A stretch of DNA of 64,000 nt from the human T2T-CHM13v2.0 reference genome, Homo sapiens. Positions 61,013 to 64,000 of this stretch are shown here, piece after piece. How positions within the stretch are numbered: position 1 is the first letter of the stretch; each line of letters begins with the position of its first letter. The notes below the pieces were generated by a model. That model was not told the origin of the DNA and made no database searches. It worked only from the letters and a program-made list of their open reading frames with translations. The stretch is from assembly GCF_009914755.1 (NCBI RefSeq), contig NC_060929.1, one strand, 5' to 3'. Made by a program: the position numbers and the translations under genes.

Positions 61013-62654
61013 TATTGTACTGTTTTGTATTTTGTCAGGGAATATCCTTAAAATACTTCAAACTTAACTATAGCACAATGTGTTAGCAGTGGTAAAGGAG
61101 GAGGAGTCTGCGGGTAAGATGGTTTTTCTCTGGTGGTACTCAATTGCAACTCTCTTCACAAAAGCAGATGAGAATGGTTTTTAGTGAGTGTACTGGGGAC
61201 TCAGCACCATCTTAGGCTCTCATTCCTTCTGACTTAGGTCCTTAACTTGACAGACCTACTCAGTCAGGTCCAGCACTTCAATGATGGTCTCCCTAATGAC
61301 TGCACCAGCAGTGGATCTGAGTGTCATGTGATGACAGTGTGGTCATGACACTAAGGGACTGTAGACTCAAAGATGCCCTTGGATTTTTCCATCTTCTTGG
61401 GGATAGAGACAATCTGTTTTGGTCAGGTACTTTATGTAGAACATTCTATTTTGCCTTTTTAAAAGCCTCGGTTTGCCTAGCACTCAGAGGTAATGGAGTG
61501 AGGAAAGACAACTGCTCTTTGCAGATCCAATTTATTCAGCTGGCTGATGGGATGTGATCTGTGCTTGAGGGCTGAGAGCAGGCTGGGTTGGCCAGACCTG
61601 GCTGGCCTGGGGAAACAAGGTATTTTGAAGTCTGCTGCTTCCAGACCAGATGGCCTTGCTTCATTGTTCTTAGGCCCCTTTCACCCAGGAGCAGCCTGGT
61701 TTTCTGCTTTGATACTACTTTTACCCAGTCTTAAAAACATGACACACATATGCCTATTATCTCTTGCATAGCTTTCTTCAGTTAGCTTGTTATAAACAAT
61801 GAGGACATTGGTTTTGTGGGCAAGGAAAAGAAGACTACTTTGGGTAGTAAGGGAAATTGGAAGGCACAGGTGGGATAGAGTAGGGCAGTCTTAGAAGGAT
61901 TGGAGCTAACCAGGCATTGTCGGGACCTCCCTATGTCAGCTGCACTCTGCAGAGCAAGTCCAGTGCTGTAGGTCATTGGTGTGGGGACCATCCGAGGTGA
62001 CACGGATCTTCCCCTAGGATATATTCTTCCCAGTAGTAATGAGCCATTCCTGTACAGAAAGGGCCCAGGCTCCAGGGCCTGTGCATAGGGTGGTATGTCT
62101 CTTACCACACCAGCTGCCTGTGTGGCACAGTGCCCGTAGGCACCTAGTGCAATCTTCCCAGTGGTCAGTGTGGTTAGCCACAGGGGAAACTTGAGAAGGA
62201 ACGTCTTGAAAACTGACAGCTTTTTTTCATTCTCTAAAGATTCTCATAGATTTTCATGGAAGTCACTCTCAGGAGAACTGTCTATACTAGTAGAATTTGG
62301 TGCCTTTTAAAAAATCAATTATATTCTGCTTATATTGTGGCTCCTTGGAGCCACAGAGTTGAGATGCTCTAAAAATCAGGACATGACATAGAATTATTAT
62401 AATTAAAATGCTGAAAATGAAGATAGCAAGGATTGGTATCTTTATCACTGGATGAGAACTTAGCACAGCAGACAGTAACACAAGTGTGAGGACCAAGTCC
62501 AGAGCGATCAGTGGTCCAGAAGAGCTGGTTTCTTCCAAACCCCTACTTAGTTCAGCCCTGATAATAGGCTGCAGTTCCTGTTCCTGGGTTATACCCTGGC
62601 TCTCACACAGAGAAACCTGGCCACTTTTTAGAAAATCACTTTTTAAATTACAGA

Positions 62655-62970
<316 letters not shown>

Positions 62971-62997
62971 TAAATTACAGAAATACTTTTCCTTTGA

Positions 62998-63042
62998 CAA
63001 AGTAAATAATATGCATAATTTATTTGCATATTATTTACTTTG
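62998..63042. repeat. Perfect 18-bp inverted repeat with 9-nt spacer
   Basis: caaagtaaataatatgca [taatttatt] tgcatattatttactttg. Confidence 0.95.
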
Positions 63043-63273
63043 CATTATTAATGCATAACTGCTGCCCAGAGATAGCAGTTAACATTTTGGTATAAATGTT
63101 GTGATATAGCCCTTTTTGAAATTCATCTTGTGTGTTAGTCTCTGTCCAGAGGATGTATTTGCAGCTAATATAATGCTACATAAAAGTGTTGTTAGTATGT
63201 TGGTGTAGGGTGGGAAATAAAAAAAATAGTGTTGTTGAGTGTGTTGTTTTGTGTGTGTATATTTTTAACTTTA

Positions 63274-63592
<319 letters not shown>

Positions 63593-64000
63593 TTATATAG
63601 TCTGTATATCCTCAGCTGTATCTCAGTCTCTTAGAATATGCAAGTCTTAAGGAGTGATTATCAGCTTTCACCGATGTCTCCATTTCAAATGTTAGTATCA
63701 CACAGTTGATGTCATGCTGGGTTTTTTACCCACAGAGAGGTTAAGGGACTTAAATTTTACATAAATTGATTAAGCCAGGTATGTTACGCATACTCTCTGA
63801 ATCCAGTGAACCTGTATCTGTAAGAGCTAGACCTTTGGGGATACAGAGCTGAAGAGGACCCAGCTTCTCCCCTGTGAGCTGAACTGGCAGTTTGGCAGGG
63901 GATGGGGGTCCGTGGAGACAGACCCATTGAGCAGATCATCGCAGTGTTTGAGTAACCTGCCCTGGTTTTCTGCTGTTCCAGGCTTACCCTGGCTCTCTGA

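Overview
Human genomic DNA (a consensus-like AluYb8 is human-specific), recognisable as the 5' part of CYSTM1 (C5orf32, 5q31.3) on the + strand. It contains the CpG-island promoter with non-coding exon 1 (~22285-22382), a ~19 kb intron 1, and coding exon 2 (41539-41745, ATG 41559) encoding the Pro/Gly/Tyr/Gln-rich N-terminus MNQENPPPYPGPGPTAPY...PPKTT. Intron 2 runs off the window, so the Cys-rich terminal exon is not present. About 18 kb upstream lies a second CpG-rich promoter-like element with a strong CTCF motif (~4020-4860), followed by possible non-coding exons. The rest is dense interspersed repeat: dozens of Alus, plus L1PA/L1M, L2, MIR, MST/MLT/LTR16/LTR33 LTRs, MADE1, MER20 and Tigger3. 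Almost all ORFs in the supplied track are repeat-derived or chance. I found no new multi-gene system. The best leads are: (i) the spliced 5'UTR is open and in frame with the CYSTM1 AUG and carries a CUG in optimal Kozak context; (ii) exon 2 is 207 nt, flanked by inverted Alus, and if back-spliced would form a stop-free circular ORF; (iii) the upstream CTCF promoter with candidate exons; (iv) an intact MADE1 just upstream of the promoter; (v) several retrotransposon insertion oddities. Repeat subfamily calls and boundaries are by eye and approximate.
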